Shown: positions 9,564 to 18,656 of the stretch, in pieces | Position numbering within the stretch: position 1 is the stretch's first letter | How the letters are laid out: every line of letters starts with the position of its first letter | Assembly: GCA_964489535.1 (NCBI GenBank) | Contig: CAZAZD010000005.1 | Coordinates: forward strand, 895-64,894 | Direction: 5' to 3' | Origin: an uncultured Isosphaeraceae bacterium | GTDB lineage: Bacteria; Planctomycetota; Phycisphaerae; Phycisphaerales; SM1A02 | DNA: 64,000 nucleotides | Position numbers and translations under genes: made by a program | Notes under the pieces: generated by a model | Database searches by the model: none | Told to the model about the DNA's origin: nothing | What the model saw: the letters and a program-made list of their open reading frames with translations, nothing else

Positions 9564-10137
9564 CTTTTGTTACTGTTACTTTTCCTGTAAATGGCGCAAG
9601 TTGCACTTGCCATGCGTGCTCGCCACTGTGCACTTCAAAACTTCCACCGGTACTCGGCGAACCGTCTGGCGCAATGATCCCTCCAGTTTGATCAAAAATG
9701 ACACCTGTGTTCGCACCATCAAAAAGTGCCGAATCGATGGACAAGTTCTTAAAACGATTGTCTTGATTGAAATCGATGTATGTTGTTTGACCGTGCCCCT
9801 GTGATTCAGATTCGTCATCTGCGTACAGTGCGGTTGCGGAATTGTACGGTGTAGAAAGTTGACTACTGTTGAGAACTTCAACACACCAACCGCATCCATC
9901 TGAAAAAAAATGAATACGACGAAACTCTTGATTCGCAACTGCGTCCATTTGTGCTGCGAGTATGTCCGTAACCGCGAGCCGAGTTGCTGACTGTCCTGAT
10001 GCAGAGGCACCAGAACTTGCTTGAGGAACGAGCACAATTGCTGCTATTGCAAGAACGGTAATCGTGGTGAGCAACTCGACATACGTCCATCCTCGTCGGC
10101 GAACAGATAATTGTGATGTGGCATTATTCTTCATCAT
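9550..10137 (-). CDS. Minor pseudopilin (GspH/FimT-like) with prepilin N-terminal methylation motif
   Basis: RRRGWTYVELLTTITVLAIAAIVLVP shows a G/W cleavage site, Glu at +5 and a hydrophobic helix. Confidence 0.75.
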   Translation of the reverse strand: MMKNNATSQLSVRRRGWTYVELLTTITVLAIAAIVLVPQASSGASASGQSATRLAVTDILAAQMDAVANQEFRRIHFFSDGCGWCVEVLNSSQLSTPYNSATALYADDESESQGHGQTTYIDFNQDNRFKNLSIDSALFDGANTGVIFDQTGGIIAPDGSPSTGGSFEVHSGEHAWQVQLAPFTGKVTVTKVGSP

Positions 10138-10320
10138 TCTTTACTTAACCCAAAGCGGGTCAATGGCTTGCATCGGGCGATTTCCTACCCAACACAAGCC
10201 CATCCCCCGATTTCTCGCTCACTGAACCGTCCACTTCACGTTATCGGACCACACCATCTCCTCTGAGACGAAGGTCGAATCAAATTAATTCCTCGGAGGA
10301 ATTGTTTTGGTACAAACATA

Positions 10321-10352
10321 GCGGGGCAGATGACCTCCATCATCTGCCCCGC
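10321..10352 (-). terminator. Strong hairpin 40 nt downstream of the major pseudopilin gene (candidate terminator/attenuator)
   Basis: GCGGGGCAGATGA-cctcca-TCATCTGCCCCGC is a perfect 13-bp stem. No clear U-tract follows it. Confidence 0.45.
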
Positions 10353-10394
10353 TTGTGGGGTAGTAACTGCCCGAGGTGGTAGGGAATTGATTAC

Positions 10395-10814
10395 TTATTC
10401 TGAGAACTCGGTACCGTCCGCGGCGACACCGTAAAGACATTTTGTGGTATTTGTTGCACTCTTATCGCGCCAAACCCAGCCAACGCCTGAAGCGGCTGCA
10501 GCGGCTACTGTTGAGGATGAGGAAAGTGGATTACTTGGTGAACCCATCAAGTAATCGCCATCAATCATGTCAGTCCATCCAGTACCAAGCAGGTCCGGAT
10601 CCCCTGAATTTTGTGCTCGATAAAGCTCAATTTGCCCTCGAAGTGTTTGCAATTGACTGCGAATTGCTGCGTCATTTGCATCATCTGCGGCATTGGTAAA
10701 TTGCGGTACTACGACTGCAGCCAGAATGCCAAGAATGACGACCACAATCAGGATTTCAATCAGTGTAAATCCACGTCGAATGATGTTTGTGTTTGTTGTG
10801 GTGAGTGTGTTCAT
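10395..10814 (-). CDS. Major pseudopilin (GspG/PulG-like, prepilin-type N-terminal cleavage/methylation domain)
   Basis: The internal ATG at 10814 gives MNTLTTTNTNIIRRGFTLIEILIVVVILGILAAVVVPQF. The upstream part of the 197-aa ORF looks non-coding. Confidence 0.85.
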   Translation of the reverse strand: MNTLTTTNTNIIRRGFTLIEILIVVVILGILAAVVVPQFTNAADDANDAAIRSQLQTLRGQIELYRAQNSGDPDLLGTGWTDMIDGDYLMGSPSNPLSSSSTVAAAAASGVGWVWRDKSATNTTKCLYGVAADGTEFSE

Positions 10815-11097
10815 ACGTTTGTTCCCTTTGTAAGCAATCAGACATGGATTGCGGGGCTTGGGTGACTTGATCGAAATCACGGCGATTTCGAACCTCGGGG
10901 TTCCTGCTGCCATCCTAGCGGCGGGATTGCAACAATTTTTTCCTGAGCCATGCTCTTCCTGATGGCCAAGGGCGTTGCTGCTTATCAATCATCGGTGGAA
11001 AAGCGGGGCTAAAATAAACTGTTTCATTGAAGCAAACAAGAGAAGCGTGGATAACCCAACTTCCTTTCCTATCTTCTCAATTAGGTACACTCCCCAC

Positions 11098-12333
11098 ATG
11101 TCAACACTACGTATTAGGCCGTTTCATGCTGTTCATCCAACGACTTCAGAAGCAACTCGAGTTGCTTCAGTGCCATATGACGTTGTCAATCGCGAAGAGG
11201 CAAGGAAAATTGGTCAAGAAAACGAAGATAGTTTCATCCACGTCGTCAGGTCAGAAATTGACTTAGACCCAGATACATCCCCCTACGATGAGGCTGTGTA
11301 CACCAAGGCAAAAAATAACTATGAACGGCTTTGCGAAATTGGTGCGTTAGTAAAAGACAAGGAGCCTTCGCTCTACTTATATAGACAGCGCATGGGAGAC
11401 CATGACCAAGTTGGGCTCGTCGCATGCTGCCACGTTGACGACTACAACAACAATCTCATCAGAAAACATGAGAAAACTCGACAAGTCAAAGAAGACGACC
11501 GAACAAACCATGTTCTCGGAATCCACGCAAACTCTGGTCCAGTATTCCTTACGTATCGCGGCAACAGAACCATTGACGTCCTAGTCGATGATGAAATGAA
11601 CAAACGACCGCTCTTTCATTTCGTTGCTGACGATGGTGTTATGCACACTGGCTGGCGGGTAAAAAACCAAGATGATCTGTTAAAAGCGTGCGAGGAGATA
11701 CATCTTGCCTATGTTGCAGATGGCCACCACCGTAGTGCCAGCGCAGCCCGAGCGGCTGTTGCATTACAAAAGCAAAATCCAAACCACGATGGCACCGAAG
11801 AATACAACTGGTTCCTTACGGTTCTTTTTCCCGCTGACCAATTGCATGTTTTGCCCTACAACCGCGTTGTGTTTGACCTTCACGGAAACACTCCAGAAGA
11901 GTTCCTTGCAAAACTTGAAGAAGTTGGGTCCATCACGAAGACAGAAACACCTTCCCCAAGTTCCTCTGGCTCATGCTGCATCTACCTTGGCAAAGATTAC
12001 GGCTGGTTTCAATTTGAGTTCAAAGACATCGACACTACCGATCCAATTGCGTCACTTGATGTTGACTTGCTTCAAAAACGTGTGCTATCACCCCTGCTTG
12101 GGATTGGTGATCCACGAAGTGATACGCGCATCGATTTCGTGGGCGGCATCCGAGGGACAGAAGAGTTGGAAAAACGAGTCGATGAGGGCAATGTGGCCAT
12201 CGCATTCTCGATGTATCACACAACCATCGAGCAATTGCTCGATGTCGCAGATGCAGACCTCGTCATGCCACCAAAATCAACTTGGTTTGAACCCAAGTTG
12301 CGCAGCGGGCTGTTTGTACACGAACTGAGTTAA
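11098..12333 (+). CDS. DUF1015-family protein
   Basis: The ATG at 11098 gives MSTLRIRPFHAVHP...VASVPYDVV...LYLYRQ...GLVACC...HEKT...DR. This fits my memory of the DUF1015 N-terminal pattern. Confidence 0.75.
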   Translation: MSTLRIRPFHAVHPTTSEATRVASVPYDVVNREEARKIGQENEDSFIHVVRSEIDLDPDTSPYDEAVYTKAKNNYERLCEIGALVKDKEPSLYLYRQRMGDHDQVGLVACCHVDDYNNNLIRKHEKTRQVKEDDRTNHVLGIHANSGPVFLTYRGNRTIDVLVDDEMNKRPLFHFVADDGVMHTGWRVKNQDDLLKACEEIHLAYVADGHHRSASAARAAVALQKQNPNHDGTEEYNWFLTVLFPADQLHVLPYNRVVFDLHGNTPEEFLAKLEEVGSITKTETPSPSSSGSCCIYLGKDYGWFQFEFKDIDTTDPIASLDVDLLQKRVLSPLLGIGDPRSDTRIDFVGGIRGTEELEKRVDEGNVAIAFSMYHTTIEQLLDVADADLVMPPKSTWFEPKLRSGLFVHELS

Positions 12334-13424
12334 TGATTCGCTGCGAACGTTTCTAGAAACTCGGCAAACCGTGCACAGCCCTCTTCTGGAAATGCGTTGT
12401 ATACAGATGCTCGCAAACCACCGAGATTGCGATGCCCCTTCAGTCCAGACATACCCTGTTTTGCTGATTCTTCAAGGAACAAAGCATCGAGCTCTGGGGT
12501 TTTCGTTTTGAACGAAATGTTCATTCGAGACCGGCAACATTCGCGTGCAAACGTTGTGTAAAAATTGCTGTTTGAATCAAGCGCATGATAAATCATCCCC
12601 GCCTTGCGTTCGTTTCGGTCTTCTATTTCTTGCAAGCCGCCTTCTGCCAAAATCCACTTGAACACCTGCCCCATCAAATAGATACCAAATGTTGGTGGAG
12701 TGTTTAAACAAGAGTTTTTAGCTGCGATTGCTTTGTAATTCAACATAAGAGGCAAGGTGTCGGAACATTGTTCAAGCATCGTCTTTCGGATAATAACAAG
12801 CACCGTACCCGATGGACCAAGATTTTTTTGTGCGCCAGCATAGACCATGCCAAACTTTGACCAATCAATTGATCGAGAGAAAATATCCGAACTCATGTCG
12901 CATATAACTGGAGCATCGCTCGTTGGAACACTCGCAAATCTCGTTCCATAAATAGTATTGTTTGTGCAGTAATGCATATATGCCGCACGATCAATCGCTT
13001 GAATTTCGTCCTCTGAGGGGCAATGGTCGTAATTGCATTGCGAACCATCAAATGCAAGATGCACGTTGCCTATTTTTTTTGCTTCTTTAATTGCTTTGCT
13101 AGTCCACACTCCAGTATCAAGGTAATTCGCAGTTTCATCCTCACCTAAAAAATTCATCGCAAGCATTGCAAATTGAAGCGTTGCGCCGCCTTGCATAAAG
13201 AGAACTTCAAAATCATCTGGAATATTGCCGACTGTTCTACAATCAGCAACCGCTTCATCTATAACTCTATCAAACACTGGACCGCGGTGGCTGTGTTCGC
13301 AAATTCCAATTCCACTTCCTGCAATGTTCCAAAGGTCACCCTGGGCTTGCTGTAGCACTGGTTCTGGCAATGTTGCTGGTCCTGCAGAGAAGTTAAGAAT
13401 ACGGTCGGTAGTGGTTGTAGTCAT
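12330..13424 (-). CDS. serC: Phosphoserine aminotransferase
   Basis: ILNFSAGPATLPEPVL..., the YAGAQKNLGPSG PLP-lysine region and a length of 364 aa. Confidence 0.95.
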   Translation of the reverse strand: MTTTTTDRILNFSAGPATLPEPVLQQAQGDLWNIAGSGIGICEHSHRGPVFDRVIDEAVADCRTVGNIPDDFEVLFMQGGATLQFAMLAMNFLGEDETANYLDTGVWTSKAIKEAKKIGNVHLAFDGSQCNYDHCPSEDEIQAIDRAAYMHYCTNNTIYGTRFASVPTSDAPVICDMSSDIFSRSIDWSKFGMVYAGAQKNLGPSGTVLVIIRKTMLEQCSDTLPLMLNYKAIAAKNSCLNTPPTFGIYLMGQVFKWILAEGGLQEIEDRNERKAGMIYHALDSNSNFYTTFARECCRSRMNISFKTKTPELDALFLEESAKQGMSGLKGHRNLGGLRASVYNAFPEEGCARFAEFLETFAANH

Positions 13425-13433
13425 AGTATTACT

Positions 13434-14702
13434 TTATGTGTTGATAGTTGAAACTGCGACAGACAACACGTTGTCGTTGTCGCGTATTTTTTCAATTTGT
13501 TCTGCTGTTGGCATTTCGCCAAGTTGTATTCTTGCACATGCTGCCTCTGCGCCTTCGTAGATTATATTTTCCATCTCTTCCACATTGATACCGGTGTGGC
13601 TAATTGATTCAAATATATGCGCTAGCACTCCAGGTAAATTTAAATGTCGAATAGATAACATTGCTTGCGCCGGTGTGAACTTTGCTCTGTTCACACAGTT
13701 TGGAACTTCGCCACTCTTTATGTACGTTTTAATAATTCGAACTGCCTCCATTGCAATTGCATCTTGCGCTTGTTCCGTTGAGGCACCAACATGGTGTGTT
13801 CCATACACAAATGTCTGCTTCACGATCTCAGGAGAAAACTCAGCATTTCCGGACGAGGGTTCATTTTGATACACATCGAGTCCAACGCAAAGATTTTTTT
13901 CGCGTGCAGTTTTTACAAGCGCCTGTTCATCAATGACCTTGCCTCGACTTGTGTTAATAAGCATGGCACCATTTTGCATCGCATCCAGAAATGTGGCGTC
14001 GATGATATGCTCCGTTTCTGGCGTTGAAGCAAGGTGAATAGAGATTACATCTGACATTTTTGCCAAATTGAGCAAACTGTCACATCTATTGATTCCTAAT
14101 TCAGCAGCAATCTCATCGGTGAGCGATCTCGACCACGCAATAATATTCATCCCGAATGCTCTCCCGCGTCTAATCACTTCTTTTCCAATACCACCAAGAC
14201 CAACAACGCCAAGTGTTCGGCCATGCAAGCCCTTTGCCTTGGAATACTCTTTTTTATTCCAAGAGCCATTTCGCAAATCAGCGACTTGATCTGGAACTTT
14301 TCGATCGCAAGACAAAATGAGTGACCACGCAAGTTCCGCAACGGCAATGGAGTTTTTATTTGGGCAATTTGCAACAAAGACGCCGCGTTTTGAGGCTGCT
14401 GCAACATCTATGGTGTCATATCCAGCCCCCGCACGGACAATAACACTGAGGCGCTCAGAAGCATCCATCATTTCGGAGGTGACTTTTGTAGAACGAACGA
14501 CAAGAACGTCTGGATTCGTTGCTGCAATCGCTTCAACCAATGTGTCCTCTTTCAATGATGGGTCCAACACAATTTCGCACCCGCACTCTCCAAGTGCATC
14601 TAGTCCCTGGTCGCGAAATGAATCCGCAAGAAGAATAACTGCTGATGGAGCATTGCTCGCACAATCATATTGCGCACATTCCATAGTTTGGTTTGACATC
14701 AC
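13434..14702 (-). CDS. serA: D-3-phosphoglycerate dehydrogenase with C-terminal ACT-like domain
   Basis: 2-hydroxyacid dehydrogenase fold, GVVGLGGIGKEV NAD loop, and adjacency to serC. Confidence 0.9.
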   Translation of the reverse strand: MMSNQTMECAQYDCASNAPSAVILLADSFRDQGLDALGECGCEIVLDPSLKEDTLVEAIAATNPDVLVVRSTKVTSEMMDASERLSVIVRAGAGYDTIDVAAASKRGVFVANCPNKNSIAVAELAWSLILSCDRKVPDQVADLRNGSWNKKEYSKAKGLHGRTLGVVGLGGIGKEVIRRGRAFGMNIIAWSRSLTDEIAAELGINRCDSLLNLAKMSDVISIHLASTPETEHIIDATFLDAMQNGAMLINTSRGKVIDEQALVKTAREKNLCVGLDVYQNEPSSGNAEFSPEIVKQTFVYGTHHVGASTEQAQDAIAMEAVRIIKTYIKSGEVPNCVNRAKFTPAQAMLSIRHLNLPGVLAHIFESISHTGINVEEMENIIYEGAEAACARIQLGEMPTAEQIEKIRDNDNVLSVAVSTINT

Positions 14703-14716
14703 CGCATTTTATCAAT

Positions 14717-15184
14717 TTATGCGCAAAGTTTCAGCGCTAATTGCTTTGTTGCATCATGAATTAGAGAGACCACGTGTTCAAACCCATCTTCCCCACCATA
14801 ATAGGGGTCTGGTACTTCATTCAGTGTGGCGTGTTCAATATAAGGCAATAACATTTTAGTTATTTCTGGTTTTGCTCCCATGCCCAGCACATCATCAAGA
14901 TTGTCTTGGTCCATGCAAAAAATCCAGTCAAAGATAGAAAAATCCCCAACAGCAATTTGCCTTGCACTCCCTGAAATCACAAGGCCCTGTTTTTTTGCTG
15001 CTATTCGCATTCGCCTGTCCGGCTTTGCTCCAACATGCCATCCACCTGTTCCTGCAGAATCTATTTCAAAAGCATGCCCATGCCCCATCGTTTCTATTGC
15101 ATCCCTAAAAAAACATTCTGCTGCAGGCGATCTGCAAATATTTCCCATACATACAAACAACACTTTTGTTGATCCGTTTTTCAT
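14717..15184 (-). CDS. Low-molecular-weight protein-tyrosine phosphatase
   Basis: VLFVCMGNICRSPAAE (the CX5R-S P-loop) and a DPYY Asp loop. Confidence 0.9.
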   Translation of the reverse strand: MKNGSTKVLFVCMGNICRSPAAECFFRDAIETMGHGHAFEIDSAGTGGWHVGAKPDRRMRIAAKKQGLVISGSARQIAVGDFSIFDWIFCMDQDNLDDVLGMGAKPEITKMLLPYIEHATLNEVPDPYYGGEDGFEHVVSLIHDATKQLALKLCA

Positions 15185-16449
15185 GTTGATTCATGCCGCC
15201 TAGCAGCGCCCAATGCAAGCAAACTTATTCCACCAAAAATAATTACCGCAGCAAGATAAATAGCCCAAGCTCGAATTGCTGCAGTGAGATGCGCATACGC
15301 AAGTGTAACTCCAAGCAAACAGAAAATTACAGAAATCCCATAAAGCGAGAGAACAGTCACCTTTACGCTACCTAATTTCCGCTTAATGATGTGATGAATA
15401 TGATTGGAGTCAGGTTCGGACATTGGTTTTCCAGCCATCTTTCTGCGGATTATTGCAAGCAGAGTGTCTAGAATTGGAAGAGCAAACACAATCAACCCAG
15501 CAACCACTAAATACGTTTGCCCCCTTTCGCCAAGCATGAGCACCATCACGATACACAAATATCCGAGCAATAAACTTCCCGCATCTCCAAGAAAAATAGA
15601 CGCAGGATTAAAGTTGTATATTAAAAAGCCAAGCACTGCGCCTAGAACTGCAAATCCAAGCACAATGTTCGCATTTACAAGTGTGATGGCATCACCTCGA
15701 TTAGATAAAAATTCATTATTTGGTAGCCGTTTTGCAATATTAACAAGATCATCTTGCGACATATGCATTGCAACTAAAACACTGATTGCAATCAATCCCA
15801 CACAAGTAATAGCGACAGTTCCAGAAAGTAATCCATCTAAACCATCAAGCAAATTTGCTGCGTTGCAGGCACCCAAAACAAAAATGACAATAATGATGAC
15901 ACCAGTGATCATTGTCAATGTAATCGGATCCGGCATCAACGCACCGGATTCAACAAGTGGATAATTACAAACTGATTCTGAAACACCGAGTACCCCCCGC
16001 ATAAATCCTTCTGCTACTCTAGTCCCCACCCCTTGTTGCGCCATGGCGGCAGCAGCAACCAGTTGACCTGCAACCTTCCACCACGGATCGAAATACTCAA
16101 AAATATCATCGGCAAGACCAGTCAATCCAATTGCACACATGCCAACTAAAACAACAACGGGGAATGGCTGAAACACTGGTGAACTGTCAACTGCAAAATA
16201 ACTCGCTAGAACACCGGCAAACACCGCAACAAACACCGCAACACCGCCCAAGTAAGCAATTGGTTTCTTATGCATCTTTCTTGCTTCATCCGGATGATCG
16301 ACAACACCGGTTTTCCGAGCGACAAAACGCACGAGTGGTGTGGCAATAACTGAAACCACAAACGCAACGCAGAGCACAGGCCAATACCGAAGCAAAAAAG
16401 GAAGCCACCCGATTTGGATAAACGGCTCTGCGGTGTCAGCTTGAATCAT
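15181..16449 (-). CDS. Polyprenyl-phosphate sugar-1-phosphate transferase (MraY/WecA family, GT4)
   Basis: About 10 TM helices, plus NAANLLDGLDGLLSG and FLGDAGSLLLGY motifs. Confidence 0.85.
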   Translation of the reverse strand: MIQADTAEPFIQIGWLPFLLRYWPVLCVAFVVSVIATPLVRFVARKTGVVDHPDEARKMHKKPIAYLGGVAVFVAVFAGVLASYFAVDSSPVFQPFPVVVLVGMCAIGLTGLADDIFEYFDPWWKVAGQLVAAAAMAQQGVGTRVAEGFMRGVLGVSESVCNYPLVESGALMPDPITLTMITGVIIIVIFVLGACNAANLLDGLDGLLSGTVAITCVGLIAISVLVAMHMSQDDLVNIAKRLPNNEFLSNRGDAITLVNANIVLGFAVLGAVLGFLIYNFNPASIFLGDAGSLLLGYLCIVMVLMLGERGQTYLVVAGLIVFALPILDTLLAIIRRKMAGKPMSEPDSNHIHHIIKRKLGSVKVTVLSLYGISVIFCLLGVTLAYAHLTAAIRAWAIYLAAVIIFGGISLLALGAARRHEST

Positions 16450-16455
16450 AGTATT

Positions 16456-18639
16456 TTATTCGTTGTCTTCTTCCTGTTCTGAGTAGGAAACCATCGCGAG
16501 ATAATTCTTGCGGAAGTAACCACCAACTGTGCCAACTGCAGCATTCAACATGACACCAAGAACTTCGGCTCTACTCTCGCCAAGTTCACGAAGAACTCGT
16601 GCAACAAGTCCCCTTTCGTCGCGGTCACTGTGCACAACCAGCGTAATCGCATCAACTAAGTTCGCAAGAAGAACAGCATCACCGGCAACAATTGATGGCG
16701 GCGCATCTATGAGCACAAGATCATACTTAGCACGAAGTTGCGCCAAAATGCTTTTCATTTTTTCGCTACCGAGGCGTTGGAAGAGGCGGTTAGCGGGCGT
16801 TCCTGCTGAGATTACATCTACGCCCGAATCTGTATGGTGAATCACACTTTCCAAGCTTGCTCCATTGGCAAGTAAATCTGCAACGCCTGCATCATCATCA
16901 ACACAATCAAACATAGAAGCCAAACTTGGTCTGCGGAAATTGCAATCAACTACGACTGTATTGGAGCCCGACAACTGCGCTGCAATTGAAAAGTTGCCTA
17001 TTACAGTGGTTGTGCCTGCTTCTGGTGCCGCTGAGAGAATGAGAAGCGATTGATGTGCAGATTTTTGCAACGCACGGTTAATCCCCGCCCATGCTTGACG
17101 GCAGGATTCTGAAAAGACGCTCTCTGGACTCGATACTAACGCCAACTCCGGACTTTCTAAACCAGATGGGTCTTCATCTACATCTGGTAACACACCAGCA
17201 ACACGGGCGCCGGGAATAACCAATACATCACTGGCACTTCGGATTTTCTGATCAGTCAATTCGTGAAGGAAAATTATTCCTACAAAAGCCCCAATGCATA
17301 GCACCACTCCAACAGGAATCATTATTTCAATCTTAGGAAACGATTTTTCTCGTGGCTCAAGCGCTGGTGTTAACTTCCGCACACGGCTAGCATCAACCCG
17401 CAATTGCATGAGTGCCAAACTTGAAGTAAGTCGCTGATTCTCATCAAGCTGCATCTCTAATCGTTTACGTTTGGATTCCATTCCTTCATAGACCGATTGG
17501 TTTGCAGCAAGATCGCGTAACCCAGCATCTTTTAATTCTATATCAGACTCTGTTCGCTCTAGTGTGCTCGTAATTGTACTAATCGAGGTGTCTGTCTCTC
17601 GCAATTGCGCCGTTAGGTTTCTTCTAATAATTACTAAGATCTTCGATTCAATTTGGGCCTCTGTTGCCTTAACGGTGATTTCTGCTTCCTTAATCTGCGG
17701 ATGTGTTGCACCAAGGCGCTCTCGGAGTGCTCGCAAGTTTGCCTGAAGAGATTCTAGAACCTGCTCTTGTCTCATTACAATTGGGTCATTTTCTGCACGA
17801 AGCCGATCCTCCATTGTTGGTTCCAACGTTCCATCCAATTTTGCTGCCGTATGCAAATATGTTTGTCTTAAAGACATCAGTGATTGTCTTGCAATTGTCG
17901 CTTGTTCGGTCAATTGCTGAGTTTCAAACATCTGCGCAGAAAACCGAGCATCATCTAGTGTGGTAATTCCCTTCGATTGAATAAAAGCTTGCAGGTCATC
18001 GTTCAAATCTTGGAGCAAAAATCCAAGTCGTCGGCCCTGATCTTTAAACAACTCAATATTCCCTCTAAAGCCCTCGTCATCCAACTCCTTAATCCTACGC
18101 ATATACGAATCTGAAATTGCGTTAAGCATAATCGGAACATCAGAAGGAACATGTGCAGACCATTTCACTCCATAAAGATTTGTCCCTTTTTTGATAACCG
18201 TTCCAATCTCTTCGATCAACTGATCCACTGCTTCGTCAACCAAAACAACGCCTGTATCAGGGTCAAGAAACTGATCAATCCAGACCGTTTCACGTATTGT
18301 TCGGTTTGAGATTGCCTCAGTAAGAATTGAGCGCTCCTTAATCATATAGGTTTGTGTTGCTGCAACACGCTCAACCATCTTGTCACTAATAGTATCTGTT
18401 GTAGCAATATCGGTTGCCTCGCCCAAGCCCGGACGAACTTCAAACATCACATCCCCGGTGTAAAGCGGGTATACCCTTGCAAAAAGGAAAAACGAGCCGG
18501 CTCCGATGAGGGCTCCAACAATCCCCCATATTGGAATCCCCTTCCAGTATCTACGCAAAACCCTTACTGGGTCAAGTGCACGCCCTTTTGGCATTGGCCG
18601 ATTGGGAGTACCTACATTTTTTGGTGGTGGTGCTGGCAT
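16456..18639 (-). CDS. Polysaccharide co-polymerase (Wzz domain) fused to a BY-kinase-like P-loop domain (Wzc/EpsG-like)
   Basis: Two TM helices flank a long coiled-coil periplasmic region. The C-terminal domain has VLIDAPPS (Walker A prime) and a Tyr-containing tail GGYFRKNYLAMVSYSEQ. The Walker A is atypical (PEAGTTTV). Confidence 0.85.
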   Translation of the reverse strand: MPAPPPKNVGTPNRPMPKGRALDPVRVLRRYWKGIPIWGIVGALIGAGSFFLFARVYPLYTGDVMFEVRPGLGEATDIATTDTISDKMVERVAATQTYMIKERSILTEAISNRTIRETVWIDQFLDPDTGVVLVDEAVDQLIEEIGTVIKKGTNLYGVKWSAHVPSDVPIMLNAISDSYMRRIKELDDEGFRGNIELFKDQGRRLGFLLQDLNDDLQAFIQSKGITTLDDARFSAQMFETQQLTEQATIARQSLMSLRQTYLHTAAKLDGTLEPTMEDRLRAENDPIVMRQEQVLESLQANLRALRERLGATHPQIKEAEITVKATEAQIESKILVIIRRNLTAQLRETDTSISTITSTLERTESDIELKDAGLRDLAANQSVYEGMESKRKRLEMQLDENQRLTSSLALMQLRVDASRVRKLTPALEPREKSFPKIEIMIPVGVVLCIGAFVGIIFLHELTDQKIRSASDVLVIPGARVAGVLPDVDEDPSGLESPELALVSSPESVFSESCRQAWAGINRALQKSAHQSLLILSAAPEAGTTTVIGNFSIAAQLSGSNTVVVDCNFRRPSLASMFDCVDDDAGVADLLANGASLESVIHHTDSGVDVISAGTPANRLFQRLGSEKMKSILAQLRAKYDLVLIDAPPSIVAGDAVLLANLVDAITLVVHSDRDERGLVARVLRELGESRAEVLGVMLNAAVGTVGGYFRKNYLAMVSYSEQEEDNE

Positions 18640-18656
18640 AACGCTACATTCCTTAA

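Noticed and set aside
10815-10988. N-terminal 58 codons of the 197-aa ORF containing the major pseudopilin
   Set aside because: The prepilin leader plus GFTLIE motif begins right after the internal ATG at 10814. Prepilin leaders are short, and the upstream translation (…CCNPAARMAAGTPRFEIAV…) looks non-coding.
11705-12328. 207-aa plus-strand ORF in an alternative frame of the DUF1015 gene
   Set aside because: It lies entirely within the longer, motif-bearing frame. Its composition is odd (Thr/Ser/Cys/Gln-rich).
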